In this document: in pieces, positions 30,169-38,952 of the stretch
How positions within the stretch are numbered: position 1 is the stretch's first letter
How the letters are laid out: every line of letters begins with the position of its first letter
Assembly: GCA_964291215.2 (NCBI GenBank)
Contig: OZ219791.1
Coordinates: 1,664,001 to 1,728,000, forward strand
Source: Alphaproteobacteria bacterium
GTDB lineage: Bacteria > Pseudomonadota > Alphaproteobacteria > MPNO01 > UBA830
Length of the DNA: 64,000 nucleotides
Direction of reading: 5' to 3'
Program-made: the position numbers and the translations under genes
Notes under the pieces: model-generated
The model's database searches: none
Seen by the model: only the letters and a program-made list of their open reading frames with translations
Told to the model about the DNA's origin: nothing

Positions 30169-32505
30169 CTACTCCGCGGCGATCTGTCCCCCTGTTTCCG
30201 CTGCCTGTTCCCGGAGCGCCTTGAGCACCTTGGGCGGTGACATCGGATGATCGCGAAGGCGCACGCCGACGGCGTGGTAGATCGCATTCGAGATTGCCGC
30301 GAGTGGCGGAATGATCGGCACTTCGCCGATGCCGCGTACGCCGTAGGGATGATCCGGGTTGGGGACCTCGACGATTTCCGTGTTGATGAACGGCACGTCG
30401 GATGCAACCGGCACCCGGTAATCGAGGAACCCGGGATTCTCGAGCACGCCCTTCTCGTTGTAGATGTACTCCTCGTTCAGGGCGAAGCCGATGCCCTGAA
30501 CTGCGCCGCCCTGGAATTGGCCCTCGATGAACTCGGGGAACACGGCCTCGCCGGCATCCTGGACGATAGTGTAGCGGAGGACCTTGACGGCGCCGGTCCT
30601 GCGATCGACCTCGACATCGACGATATGGGTTCCGAAACCGGGGCCGCCCTGGGCGACATTGATCTCGGCATGTCCGGCGATGGTGCCGCCGAACCATGAG
30701 GCTTGCCGCGCGAGTTCCGCGACCGTCATCGGCGCGAAGTCGCCGACATTGGCGCCGGCCGGCCGCGCCGCGCCGTTCTCCCAGACCACCTGGTCGGGGT
30801 CGACCTCCCACTTGCGGGCGGCGATCTCGCACATGCGGGCGATAGCGTCCCGCGACGCCTTGACGGCGGCCATGCTGCCCGCGGCCGTGCCGCGGCTTCC
30901 TGCCGTCATGAAGTTGAAGCCGAGCGCGCTGGTGTCGCCTGACATCGTCCGCACCTTTTCGAAGGGGATGCCCAGCTCCTCGGCCACGATCATGGCGAGC
31001 GCGGCGCGCCCGCCTCCGGTGACGTCGACGGTGCCGAAGATCAGGCTCGCGGTTCCGTCCTCGCCGATATTGAGCGTTGCCGAGGTTTCGGCGCCGAGCG
31101 TGAACCAGAAGCCCGATGCGATGCCGCGCCCCTGGTCGGGTCCGAGTCTCTCCTGCATGTGCGGATGGGCCCTGGCGCGCTCCAGCGTCTGGATGAAGCC
31201 GATCGTGCCGAGCTTGGGCCCGAAATGCGTCTGGGTGCCTTCCTTGGCCGCATTCTTCAGGCGGAACTCAAGCGGGTCGATGCCGAGCTCTTCGGCAATC
31301 TCGTCGATCACCGTCTCGACGCCGAAGGCGACCATCGGCGCACCGGGCGCGCGATAGGCCGCGACCTTGGGCCGGTTGGTGGTCACGTCGTGGCCGACCA
31401 CCAGCACGTTCTCAAGATCGTAGCGCGTGAAGACGGTGATGGTGGCGAGCGGCAGCGATGAGCCGGCATAGGCGCCTGACTGGTAGTTGAGTTCGGCCTG
31501 TGCCGCGGTGATGCGGCCGTCCCTTGTCGCGCCCATCTTGATCTTGACGTTGGTCCCGGAGGTCGGGCCGGTGGAACGGAAGACCTCGTCCCGGGTCATC
31601 GCAATGCCCACCGGGCGATTCGCCTTGCGCGAAAGCACGACCGCCAGCGGTTCGAGATACACGTTGTTCTTGCCGCCGAAGCCGCCGCCGAGCTCGGCGG
31701 CCGTGACCTTGACCTTCGACATGTCCATCTCGAGGAGCTTGGCGATCTGGGCGCGGAACACGAAGTGGCCCTGGGTCGAGGTCCACACCTCCGCGTAGCC
31801 GCCCTCGGTGTAGTTCGCGACGCAGGCCTGCGGCTCGATATAGCCCTGGTGGACTGGTTTCGTGTTGTACTCTTGCTCGACGATGACGTCAGCCTCGGCA
31901 AAGCCCTTCTCGATGTCACCTAGCTTGCTCTCCATGCGCGCGGCGATGTTCGACGGCTTTTTCGGCTTGGGCTCGACGCCGCGCGTGAACTGGTCGGCGT
32001 GCAGGACCGGTGCGTCGGGTTTCATCGCCTCGACGACATCGATGACGTGCGGCAGCACCTTGTACTTGACCTTGATCAGCTTCAACGCCTTGCGCGCCAC
32101 AGCCTCGCTGGTGGCTGCGACCGCGGCCACCGGGTGGCCGTCATAGAGCACGTTTTCTCGTGCCATCATGTTCCGCGTCACGTCGCGGAAGTTGACCATG
32201 AGTTCGCCGGAGGCTGCGTGCTCGACCTCCATGTCCGGGAAATCGTCGCGCGTGACGACCGCCTTTACGCCGGGAAGCTTTTCTGCCTTCGAGGTGTCGA
32301 TCGAGACAACGTCGGCGCGGGCATGCGGGCTCCGCAGGACCTTGCCGACGAGCTGCCCGGGCAGACGGATATCGGCGGCGTAGCGGGCGCGGCCGGTGAC
32401 CTTGTCGACGGCGTCGCCGCGGTCTACCGGGTTCGTGCCAACGACCTTCAGGTCCTTCTTCTCGTAGGGGATCTTGGTGGCGAACGGTGACGGAGGGCGT
32501 CCCAT
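30169..32505 (-). CDS. Xanthine dehydrogenase family molybdopterin-binding large subunit
   Basis: KVTGRARY, HQGYIEP, GGGFGGK, AYRAPG, GQFQGG, GIGEVP. Confidence 0.92.
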   Translation of the reverse strand: MGRPPSPFATKIPYEKKDLKVVGTNPVDRGDAVDKVTGRARYAADIRLPGQLVGKVLRSPHARADVVSIDTSKAEKLPGVKAVVTRDDFPDMEVEHAASGELMVNFRDVTRNMMARENVLYDGHPVAAVAATSEAVARKALKLIKVKYKVLPHVIDVVEAMKPDAPVLHADQFTRGVEPKPKKPSNIAARMESKLGDIEKGFAEADVIVEQEYNTKPVHQGYIEPQACVANYTEGGYAEVWTSTQGHFVFRAQIAKLLEMDMSKVKVTAAELGGGFGGKNNVYLEPLAVVLSRKANRPVGIAMTRDEVFRSTGPTSGTNVKIKMGATRDGRITAAQAELNYQSGAYAGSSLPLATITVFTRYDLENVLVVGHDVTTNRPKVAAYRAPGAPMVAFGVETVIDEIAEELGIDPLEFRLKNAAKEGTQTHFGPKLGTIGFIQTLERARAHPHMQERLGPDQGRGIASGFWFTLGAETSATLNIGEDGTASLIFGTVDVTGGGRAALAMIVAEELGIPFEKVRTMSGDTSALGFNFMTAGSRGTAAGSMAAVKASRDAIARMCEIAARKWEVDPDQVVWENGAARPAGANVGDFAPMTVAELARQASWFGGTIAGHAEINVAQGGPGFGTHIVDVEVDRRTGAVKVLRYTIVQDAGEAVFPEFIEGQFQGGAVQGIGFALNEEYIYNEKGVLENPGFLDYRVPVASDVPFINTEIVEVPNPDHPYGVRGIGEVPIIPPLAAISNAIYHAVGVRLRDHPMSPPKVLKALREQAAETGGQIAAE

Positions 32506-32525
32506 GGCTCGGTCCTTTCCTATTC

Positions 32526-33008
32526 CTATTTCGCGCCAGCGCGCATTTCGCGGGCGGCATCCTGAACCGCCTCGACAACCTTGTGATACCCGGTGCAGCG
32601 GCAGAGATTGCCCGCAAGTCCATAGCGGATCTCCTCCTCGGTCGGGTCCGGGTTCTCGTCGAGCAGCGCCTTCGAGGCGATGAGGAGACCGGGTGTACAG
32701 ATGCCGCACTGCAACGCAACGTGATCGATGAATTTTTGCTGCAGCGGGTGCAACCCGTCTCCCGACGCCATTCCCTCGATGGTTTCCACGGTCTTGCCGT
32801 CGGCTTCTAGCCCCAGCATCAGACACGAGCAGACCAGAACACCGTCGACGATGACGCTGCAGGCGCCGCAGTCGCCAGTGGCGCAGCCTTCCTTGGTTCC
32901 AGTCATGTCGAGTTCGTCGCGCAACACGTCCAGAAGCGTTTGGGTGGTGTCGCAGAGAACCTCGGTCTCGTCGCCGTTGATGGTGGCGGTTACATGGTGT
33001 CTGGCCAT
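32526..33008 (-). CDS. Xanthine dehydrogenase family 2Fe-2S small subunit
   Basis: GCATGDCGACS, QCGICTPG, GNLCRCTGY. Confidence 0.95.
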   Translation of the reverse strand: MARHHVTATINGDETEVLCDTTQTLLDVLRDELDMTGTKEGCATGDCGACSVIVDGVLVCSCLMLGLEADGKTVETIEGMASGDGLHPLQQKFIDHVALQCGICTPGLLIASKALLDENPDPTEEEIRYGLAGNLCRCTGYHKVVEAVQDAAREMRAGAK

Positions 33009-33877
33009 TACGATCGTGCCCTTTCAAGCGCTATTGCCGCTGCGCGCTGCGCCAGCACGCCGGCAACCTCAATGCGGTATTCGACGGTTCCCCGTTTGTC
33101 GTCTATCGGCTTGCAGGCGGCGCGGGCCGCCGCCGCGAGCTTGTCCATCGCCGCCTCGCCGACTGGTGTGCCAATCAGCGCCTTGGCGGCGACATTCACG
33201 AGCAGGGGGGTTGGGGCGACGGCGCCCAGAGAGACCCGTGCCGCAGTGCAGATGCCCTTCCGGTCCAGGGTCAGGTTGACGGCGGCGCCGACCACGGCAA
33301 TGTCCATTTCGGTGCGCGGCGTGAAGCGGAGATAGGCATCGCCCGACCTTGGCGGACGCTTCGGAAGGTCGAACGCGACGACCACCTCGCCGGGTGCCAG
33401 CGATGTCTTGCCGGGGCCGCGGATAACTTTCTCGACCGGAGCCTCACGCTCTCCGCGTGGCCCGGCGATGACGGCCGTTGCGCCCGCGGCGATCAGCGGC
33501 GGTACGCTGTCGGCGGCCGGCGAAGCGTTGCACAGATTGCCGCCGATGGTCGCTCGTCCGCGCACCTGGAGCGAGCCGATGAGGCGCACCCCGTCCATGA
33601 TGCCGGGCCATGCGGCGTTGAAGCCGGCATGGTTCATGAGCTCCTTGCCTGTAACCGCTGCCCCGAAACGCCAAGCGTTTCCCTTGCGCGAGATCTTGCG
33701 CATCTCGGGGATGTTTTTCACGTCGATGAGGAGATCGGGCTCGACGATGTCGGCATGCATCTGGACGAGCACATCGGTGCCGCCGGCCAGAAATCGGGTC
33801 ACCCCGGGTTTGTTGCTGCCTCTGCCCCGGGCCAGCGCGACGGCGTCGTCTAGGGACGTAGGTGCTTCATACTGCAT
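33008..33877 (-). CDS. Xanthine dehydrogenase family FAD-binding medium subunit
   Basis: LAGGTD, ATIGGNLCNASPAAD, PIDDKRGT.EYR. Confidence 0.93.
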   Translation of the reverse strand: MQYEAPTSLDDAVALARGRGSNKPGVTRFLAGGTDVLVQMHADIVEPDLLIDVKNIPEMRKISRKGNAWRFGAAVTGKELMNHAGFNAAWPGIMDGVRLIGSLQVRGRATIGGNLCNASPAADSVPPLIAAGATAVIAGPRGEREAPVEKVIRGPGKTSLAPGEVVVAFDLPKRPPRSGDAYLRFTPRTEMDIAVVGAAVNLTLDRKGICTAARVSLGAVAPTPLLVNVAAKALIGTPVGEAAMDKLAAAARAACKPIDDKRGTVEYRIEVAGVLAQRAAAIALERARS

Positions 33878-33924
33878 ATCGGTTCCTTGCTCTGATGGGC
33901 GGTGCAGTTCTGCGGAGACGGTGG

Positions 33925-34641
33925 TCAGACAACGGCGCTCTGCTCGCCGATCGCGGTCGCGTACTTGTAGATGTCATCATACATCAGATGTTGGATGTCG
34001 AGCATCTGGCGCACGGTCTTGAGCACGAGCCTGCGGTCCTCCTCGGTCGTGGCAAACTGGTCAAGGAGTTTCCGGCCGACATCGGAATGCTCCTCGTCGG
34101 CGCTGTCATGGATGATCCAGTAGGCGACGGCCTCTTCGTCGAGGCCAAACTGTTCCTGGAGTTTCCGGGCAATGCGGATATAGAGCCCCGGAATGGCGGC
34201 CTCTCCAGCAAGCATGTGCGCGGACACGCCTTCGAGGAAGCTCTTCGAGCATATGTGCGCGAAATAGGCCTGGAAGGCGACGACACCGGCGCAATAGGGC
34301 GGGTCGTACATTTCCTCGGGCTTGAGGCCCATGCCCCTGGCGTAGTTCAGATAGAGGCGGTGATGCGAGATGCCGCCCGACATCAGCCGCCCCGTGGCCT
34401 CCTCATAGGCGACCTCGGCGATCATCTCCCGCCATGCCGGATCGGGACAGATGACGTAGAGATTGCCGTGGTAGTTGTGGTTGTGGAGCGGGATGCCGCC
34501 ATGCTGCTGGCAGATGTAGCGCGACTGCTCCCAGTTCCACGTGCCCTCGACCATCCCCGTCCACAACGGATGGCCGTACATCGGGAGCTCCCTGTGGATA
34601 TCGGCGATGCGGTCGAGAACCCCTTGGGTCGTCAAGGCCAT
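33925..34641 (-). CDS. Heme-oxygenase-like diiron (PqqC/TenA/CADD-type) redox enzyme
   Basis: YEEATG...SHHRLY, E.AIP..Y, YWIIHDSADEEH. Confidence 0.75.
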   Translation of the reverse strand: MALTTQGVLDRIADIHRELPMYGHPLWTGMVEGTWNWEQSRYICQQHGGIPLHNHNYHGNLYVICPDPAWREMIAEVAYEEATGRLMSGGISHHRLYLNYARGMGLKPEEMYDPPYCAGVVAFQAYFAHICSKSFLEGVSAHMLAGEAAIPGLYIRIARKLQEQFGLDEEAVAYWIIHDSADEEHSDVGRKLLDQFATTEEDRRLVLKTVRQMLDIQHLMYDDIYKYATAIGEQSAVV

Positions 34642-34860
34642 GGTCGCCCCTTCCTTATCGGCTCGGTTCGCGAATATACCAGATTTGGGTTGTCGGACTA
34701 GCGCCCCTTGGCAGCCCTCAGGACCATTTTTCCAGCCGAGTTCGCGGTCCCGGAGCAAATCGGGCTGACAGGAGGTGCTCGGAGCTCACCGGGTGCGGCT
34801 CTGCGGGATCCTGGGAAGGTTTGGAGTTGTCGGAGCGTTTTTCGCTCGGATGGCCGGCGC

Positions 34861-34942
34861 GTAATCTGCCCCGGATGATCCTCTCCCGTTGAAGTGATCC
34901 ACTCTCGGGTTATGGAAAGAGGAGGACCGACGATGGCAAGGA
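34861..34942 (+). mobile_element. IS3-family left-end stub (IR, RBS, first codons of orfA)
   Basis: TAATCTGCCCCGGA end, GGAGG RBS, ATGGCAAGG cut by an IS66-type IR. Confidence 0.45.
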
Positions 34943-34986
34943 GTATCTACTCACCCTTACTGATCACGAATCGTTTTTCCTGACGG

Positions 34987-35771
34987 CGTTTGCTGTGAAA
35001 CATTTCTGATCCCTCCGATGTCTTTTGTTGAACAGGACACGAGCGACCTGTCGGTCAGGCGCATGCCTGACCGCCTTGTGGTGGTGCTGGCTGACGCCTG
35101 TTGACGAATCTTGGACCTTTCCGGCTGCCTCGCGTCCATGGTCATCAAGGGTCTGGTTCGTTCAGGCGTCAGGGATGGGCGTCTGCCCCTGTCAAGCCGC
35201 GATCCTGGTGGTCCACGTTGAGGGATCAACGCCATGTTTCTTCAACATTCGGACCCGGCGTGGGCCATTGCGTTGGACCATCAGGCGCTCGTAGGTCTCG
35301 GGGTCGCGGTAGACCTCACCGGTGATGCGCATGGTATAGATGATGCGCAGCAGTTTGTGAGCGACTGCGACATGGCCACCGCTTGTGAACCAGGCTGCGC
35401 CAAGTGCACCGTCGCCGTGATCTGCATCTTGTGAACGTCAAGACCCGCGGCGCGGGCATGGACGACATTGAGGGCATCAACACTCTGCATCAGGCTTCTT
35501 CCGGTTGTGGGGCAGGTGGAGGCGGAAACCAGCGGATAGCAGGGTCGCGAACCCCAAGAGGCTCGTGCTCCATTTTGCTGTTCGTCCTCGGCCAGGCCGG
35601 GTACATCGCGGGGTGCGGTGCTGCTGGTCGGGCACAGTTTGGAAACGGGCTCGATGGCGCCAAAATGCAAGCGAACTCGTCACCCACCTCCACCTGCTCG
35701 CATTATCGTGCACCAACACGCCGGATCAACGCACTCGTCCAACGGCCACAACAGGCTCACATTTCATGGCG
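34987..35771 (-). mobile_element. Internally deleted IS110-family element with both non-coding ends
   Basis: N-terminus MQSVDALNVVHARAAGLDVHK (ATG 35490) joined near 35370 to C-terminus VAVAHKLLRIIY...YRDP...RMLKKHG (stop 35192); GGCG at both junctions (34985-34988, 35768-35771). Confidence 0.82.
35495..35765 (-). ncRNA. Candidate IS110 bridge RNA
   Basis: 11-bp closing stem 35512-35522/35687-35697 with internal hairpins; 35607-35615 equals flank 35770-35778; 35574-35581 equals element end 34989-34996. Confidence 0.6.
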
Positions 35772-35869
35772 CGGGGTGAGCAGACACGCCGACGTTCATG
35801 ACTGTTTGGATCAGGCCTCTTCTCTTGCCACCCACTCGCTGCCGATGACCTGTGCGGGCTTCGATTGGC

Positions 35870-36221
35870 GTTCGCCCGGCGGCATCTTCCGGTACCCCGC
35901 CGCCCAGCGGGCGACCTTGCGTTTGATGCGTTGACGGGTCCGTGCGGTTCCGCCCGGCATCGCCGGCCGAGTGCATCCGCCCGGGCTCGAAGTCGACCCA
36001 CACTACCTCGGTGCGAACCCGGGTCGTCACCTGCACGACGATGCGGCGCCAGTCCCGCAGCAGGTCGTCGTACAACGTCGAGGGGTGGCCCGAGACCATT
36101 ACCTGACACGGCAGCCCCTTGAGCAGTTCAAGGAGTTCGACATGGTCGGCTTCGGTGCAGTCGTGGCGGTACCGCTGGCCCGACCGGCGGGTCGCCTGCA
36201 AGTACGGCGGGTCGCTGTATA
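35870..36221 (-). pseudogene. DNA adenine methyltransferase 3' fragment (second copy)
   Basis: VYSDPPYLQATRRSGQRYRHDCTEADHVELLELLKGLPCQVMVSGHP; frameshifted tail. Confidence 0.75.
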
Positions 36222-36222
36222 C

Positions 36223-36698
36223 TCAGACGTCCTGACCTCGGCTTTGATTTCTTCCAATCAGGGTGATGCTTCTGGGCCGAGTTTGCGTGCGTTGTCTGGC
36301 AGTTCGTAGATCATGCGGAGGCCGGGTCCGAAGCTTCTTCACCGCCCGCTGCACGGTCGCGCGGCTCACGCCGTCTGCAGGTCTCTTTGAGGAACGCGGT
36401 GCCTGGCGATCCGCAGCAGCATCGCCGGCCGGTCGCCCTCGTTGTGGCAGGGCTCCATGTTCGAGAAGTAGACGGTCTGTCCGTCGACATCCGCAAGGGA
36501 GAAGCACGAGGTTCCGATGGCTTCAGGAAGGTGCATCGCGAGCGTGTTCATGGCCGGGAGTATCCAATTACAGGGGTCATGTTATATCGGGCCATCACGC
36601 GGCTATGTTGCCAAGCAAGAACCGGGAAAATCGTTCATTGTGTTGGAAAAAAGGGGAGCCGGACTGATCAAGTCAACTCACGAGGTCAGGATGTCTGA
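36223..36698 (-). mobile_element. MITE-like deleted derivative of an unclassified IS (HTH transposase N-terminus relic)
   Basis: IRs TCAGACGTCCTGACCTCG (36223-36240) / CGAGGTCAGGATGTCTGA (36681-36698), 17/18 match; VSRATVQRAVKKLR HTH fragment. Confidence 0.7.
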
Positions 36699-36724
36699 AC
36701 TTGGGGTCAGATAATGTGCTAACG

Positions 36725-36987
36725 CTCAACCGTCTGCCGATCCTGGCGCGGCGCCAATGGCGGTAGTGCGGGCCGAGCGTGCTGCCCTGACGGTACTCGC
36801 CCCGGGATGGGTCGAGCGGGACGACCTCCAGCATTAGCCGGCTCAACGCCTGGAACAGCTTGACGTTCGCATTGGATGCGAACACTGTCGGATCGCTTCG
36901 TTGTGCGCGTTGGACTGCATTGTGGAGTTGGCGCAACTGGTCGATGAGGCAAACGTGGAATAGTAGCGTCCATCCGTTGCGCTGCAT
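36725..36987 (-). pseudogene. yhaV: YhaV family toxin, 3' truncated
   Basis: NGWTLLFH, NANVKL, VPLDP..EYRQGSTLG..YRHWRRAR; similarity stops before the RLFFRY-type segment. Confidence 0.82.
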
Positions 36988-37313
36988 CAGAGATCGACTT
37001 CACCGTCGATATTCTCGTCTGGTCCCGATTCGCGCTCCGCATGTTCGAGCATGTCCTGTGCCAGATCGTCCGGAATCGCCCGAACATGCCGTCCGGCTCG
37101 GATATCACCGGTGAGCAGATCCAGGAACGCACCGATCGCCGGATCTTCATGTTCGGCGTCGACACGGCTGACGACGATCTGTCCGTCATCGTGGAGTTCG
37201 AATGCCACCTTGGCGCCGACATCGACCCCTAGCGCCTGACGAACCGTCTTGGGCAGGGCGATCTTGCCCTTCGCCGTCATGGTTGCGACTTCGTGGATGA
37301 TCGACACTCCCAC
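36987..37313 (-). CDS. prlF: PrlF/SohA (AbrB-fold) antitoxin
   Basis: ATMTAKGKIALPKTVRQALG, EHEDPAIGAFLDLL..DI; stop overlaps the yhaV start. Confidence 0.85.
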   Translation of the reverse strand: MGVSIIHEVATMTAKGKIALPKTVRQALGVDVGAKVAFELHDDGQIVVSRVDAEHEDPAIGAFLDLLTGDIRAGRHVRAIPDDLAQDMLEHAERESGPDENIDGEVDL

Positions 37314-37324
37314 CGTGCCGCACG

Positions 37325-37353
37325 GCCGTAAGGAATATTCCTTACGGCGTCAA
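37325..37353 (-). promoter_or_regulatory. Perfect 24-bp palindrome, probable PrlF operator, abutting a TTGACG -35 box
   Basis: GCCGTAAGGAATATTCCTTACGGC 37325-37348; CGTCAA at 37348-37353; 11 bp upstream of the prlF start. Confidence 0.75.
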
Positions 37354-37514
37354 CGCGATATGGAGATTGCAAGCTGGATGCGCGCCGATGTGACCTGCAT
37401 TGCGGAGGACGCCGCCGCTTCTCCTGCTACCGATCCCAGAGCGATCGTGGACTTGCCGGCCCGCGCACCCACGACATGAGCGCCTCGGTGGGCGCCGCAG
37501 CCGGGGGCAATATC

Positions 37515-37700
37515 AATGCGCTTGCCCCAGGGTTCGCGGTTCCGGTCCTTCGGGGGGCGCTCCAGTTGACCCAGACGACACTGAAACCGGGCTCCGTTTC
37601 GGGGTAGCTGGAACATCTCATGTCGGTGAAATACAGGCACACGCCCGGCCGGTCGCCCTTCCTCAGCATCGCCTCCACCGCCACGACCGTGGGGCCGTAG
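37515..37700 (-). pseudogene. VWA-like (DUF2201-type) C-terminal fragment
   Basis: P.VCLYFTDMRCSSYPETEPGFSVVWVNW. Confidence 0.5.
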
Positions 37701-37704
37701 ATGA

Positions 37705-37960
37705 GCCCGAACCGCTCCAGCGGGTTGACTCGGGTCCCGGCCGTGGCGATGAGCGGCACCGTCGGGCGTGCGGATGTCGCGCGCGACCGTGATGGCGGGG
37801 TCCCACAGACGGCTGCGTTCTTCCAGCGCCGGCGCGATGCTCGGAACACGAGCCGGTAGCGCCGGTTCTCGCGCGAAGCCTCCTCGCGCCCGACCCCGTC
37901 GCACGGGCGTTGCTGTTGGCAAGCGAGACGTGGTCCGGCTCGACCGGGAGAAGCCTGCCG
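37705..37960 (-). pseudogene. traW: F-type conjugation TraW fragment
   Basis: RLWDPAITVARDIRTPDG..IATAGTRVNPLE. Confidence 0.65.
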
Positions 37961-38007
37961 CCGAAGCGGTTCACCTCTTCGGCGAACCGTGTCCGGGCGC
38001 GCCCGTT

Positions 38008-38838
38008 TCAGAAATCGGCGCGATAGCTTGCGGGGGTGAGCCAGACGTATTGGTCCAGCGGTGGCCTGATTCGGTATGCCGCGGGCACCCTCGAAAAATC
38101 GTAAAGGCGGGCTATCCGGAAGATGTCCCGGCGCTCTTCGGAAACGCGCCGCTCGTTCTCCGTGAGCCAGAAGGGCGTGGTCTGCGGGCCGTTCGTCGTC
38201 TTCACTTCCAGCCATCGCTCGGCGCCGTCTCTCGAGAACGACAGGATGTCGTAGCCGGCGCCGTCCCCGTCCTCTTTTGCCACCCAGCGGACCCGCTGGG
38301 CGAGGTCGTCGCGCCCCAAGGCCGACAGCCGGTTCTGTTCGGCCTCGTAAAGGAAACGTTCGCCGGCTTCGCCGAGAGCCCGCGCACGCTGATCCCGTTC
38401 TGCCGGATCGTACTTCCGGAGCATGCGGCCGATGACGGGGTCGTCCGGTGGCGGTTGATCTCTTCTCGCCGGCGGCCGTCCGAAGGCGAGACCTGCGGAC
38501 GGTGCGTTGGTTGTCGGCGGTTCGATGGCATGCTGGCGAAGAAGCCGACCTTTGACCAACTGCACCTCGACAGCTTCGAACAGGGCGCGCTGATAGTTCG
38601 AAGCGGGTTTGTAGCCCCGTATGTAGGGCAGGCCGAACAGCATCAGGATTGCGCTGATGTTCTGGTGCTTGTATTCGATCGAGCCGCGGGAGCGGCCGAT
38701 GATCTGCTGCAGTGCGCGGTTGCGCTCTGCCTTGACCACCCGTTCGCCGGTCAGTTCTGCGCGAAGCATGTCTCCGTAATCGGAGACGATGGCTTCGATC
38801 TCCAATCTGGTCCAAGGGGTGCCTGCGCGCTCGGGCAT
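38008..38838 (-). CDS. DUF3883 (NO VEIN C-terminal, PD-(D/E)xK) endonuclease with N-terminal HTH/winged-helix domain
   Basis: WT..E...DY..ML..E, GRSRGSIEYKHQNISAIL; GEAGE, DGDGAGYDILSF, LEVKTT, LTENE. Confidence 0.8.
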   Translation of the reverse strand: MPERAGTPWTRLEIEAIVSDYGDMLRAELTGERVVKAERNRALQQIIGRSRGSIEYKHQNISAILMLFGLPYIRGYKPASNYQRALFEAVEVQLVKGRLLRQHAIEPPTTNAPSAGLAFGRPPARRDQPPPDDPVIGRMLRKYDPAERDQRARALGEAGERFLYEAEQNRLSALGRDDLAQRVRWVAKEDGDGAGYDILSFSRDGAERWLEVKTTNGPQTTPFWLTENERRVSEERRDIFRIARLYDFSRVPAAYRIRPPLDQYVWLTPASYRADF

Positions 38839-38952
38839 CCGGCGGATCCCATTCTAACTCCGGCCGATGGCCGGTCGGGAGCCTCGGTGCGGACCGGGTA
38901 ACCTCGGGATAGGCCCTTTGCGGCGCGTCCCGGGATGCCGCAGGGCCGGACT

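Larger units (their letters stand above)
34943..35787. mobile_element. IS66-type IR pair enclosing the IS110 relic
   Basis: GTATCTACTCACCC (34943-34956) / GGGTGAGCAGACAC (35774-35787); no 8-bp target duplication seen. Confidence 0.65.

Noticed and set aside
32506-33027. Apparent 170-aa N-terminal extension of the Mo subunit
   Set aside because: Alternate frame over the real 2Fe-2S gene; the true start is about 32505
30169-33877. Aerobic CO dehydrogenase (coxMSL gene order)
   Set aside because: The active-site loop is AYRAPG, not AYxCSFR or AYxGAGR
36703-36725. Tn3-like IR (GGGGTC...GCTAA)
   Set aside because: Too short for a 38-bp IR and no partner end
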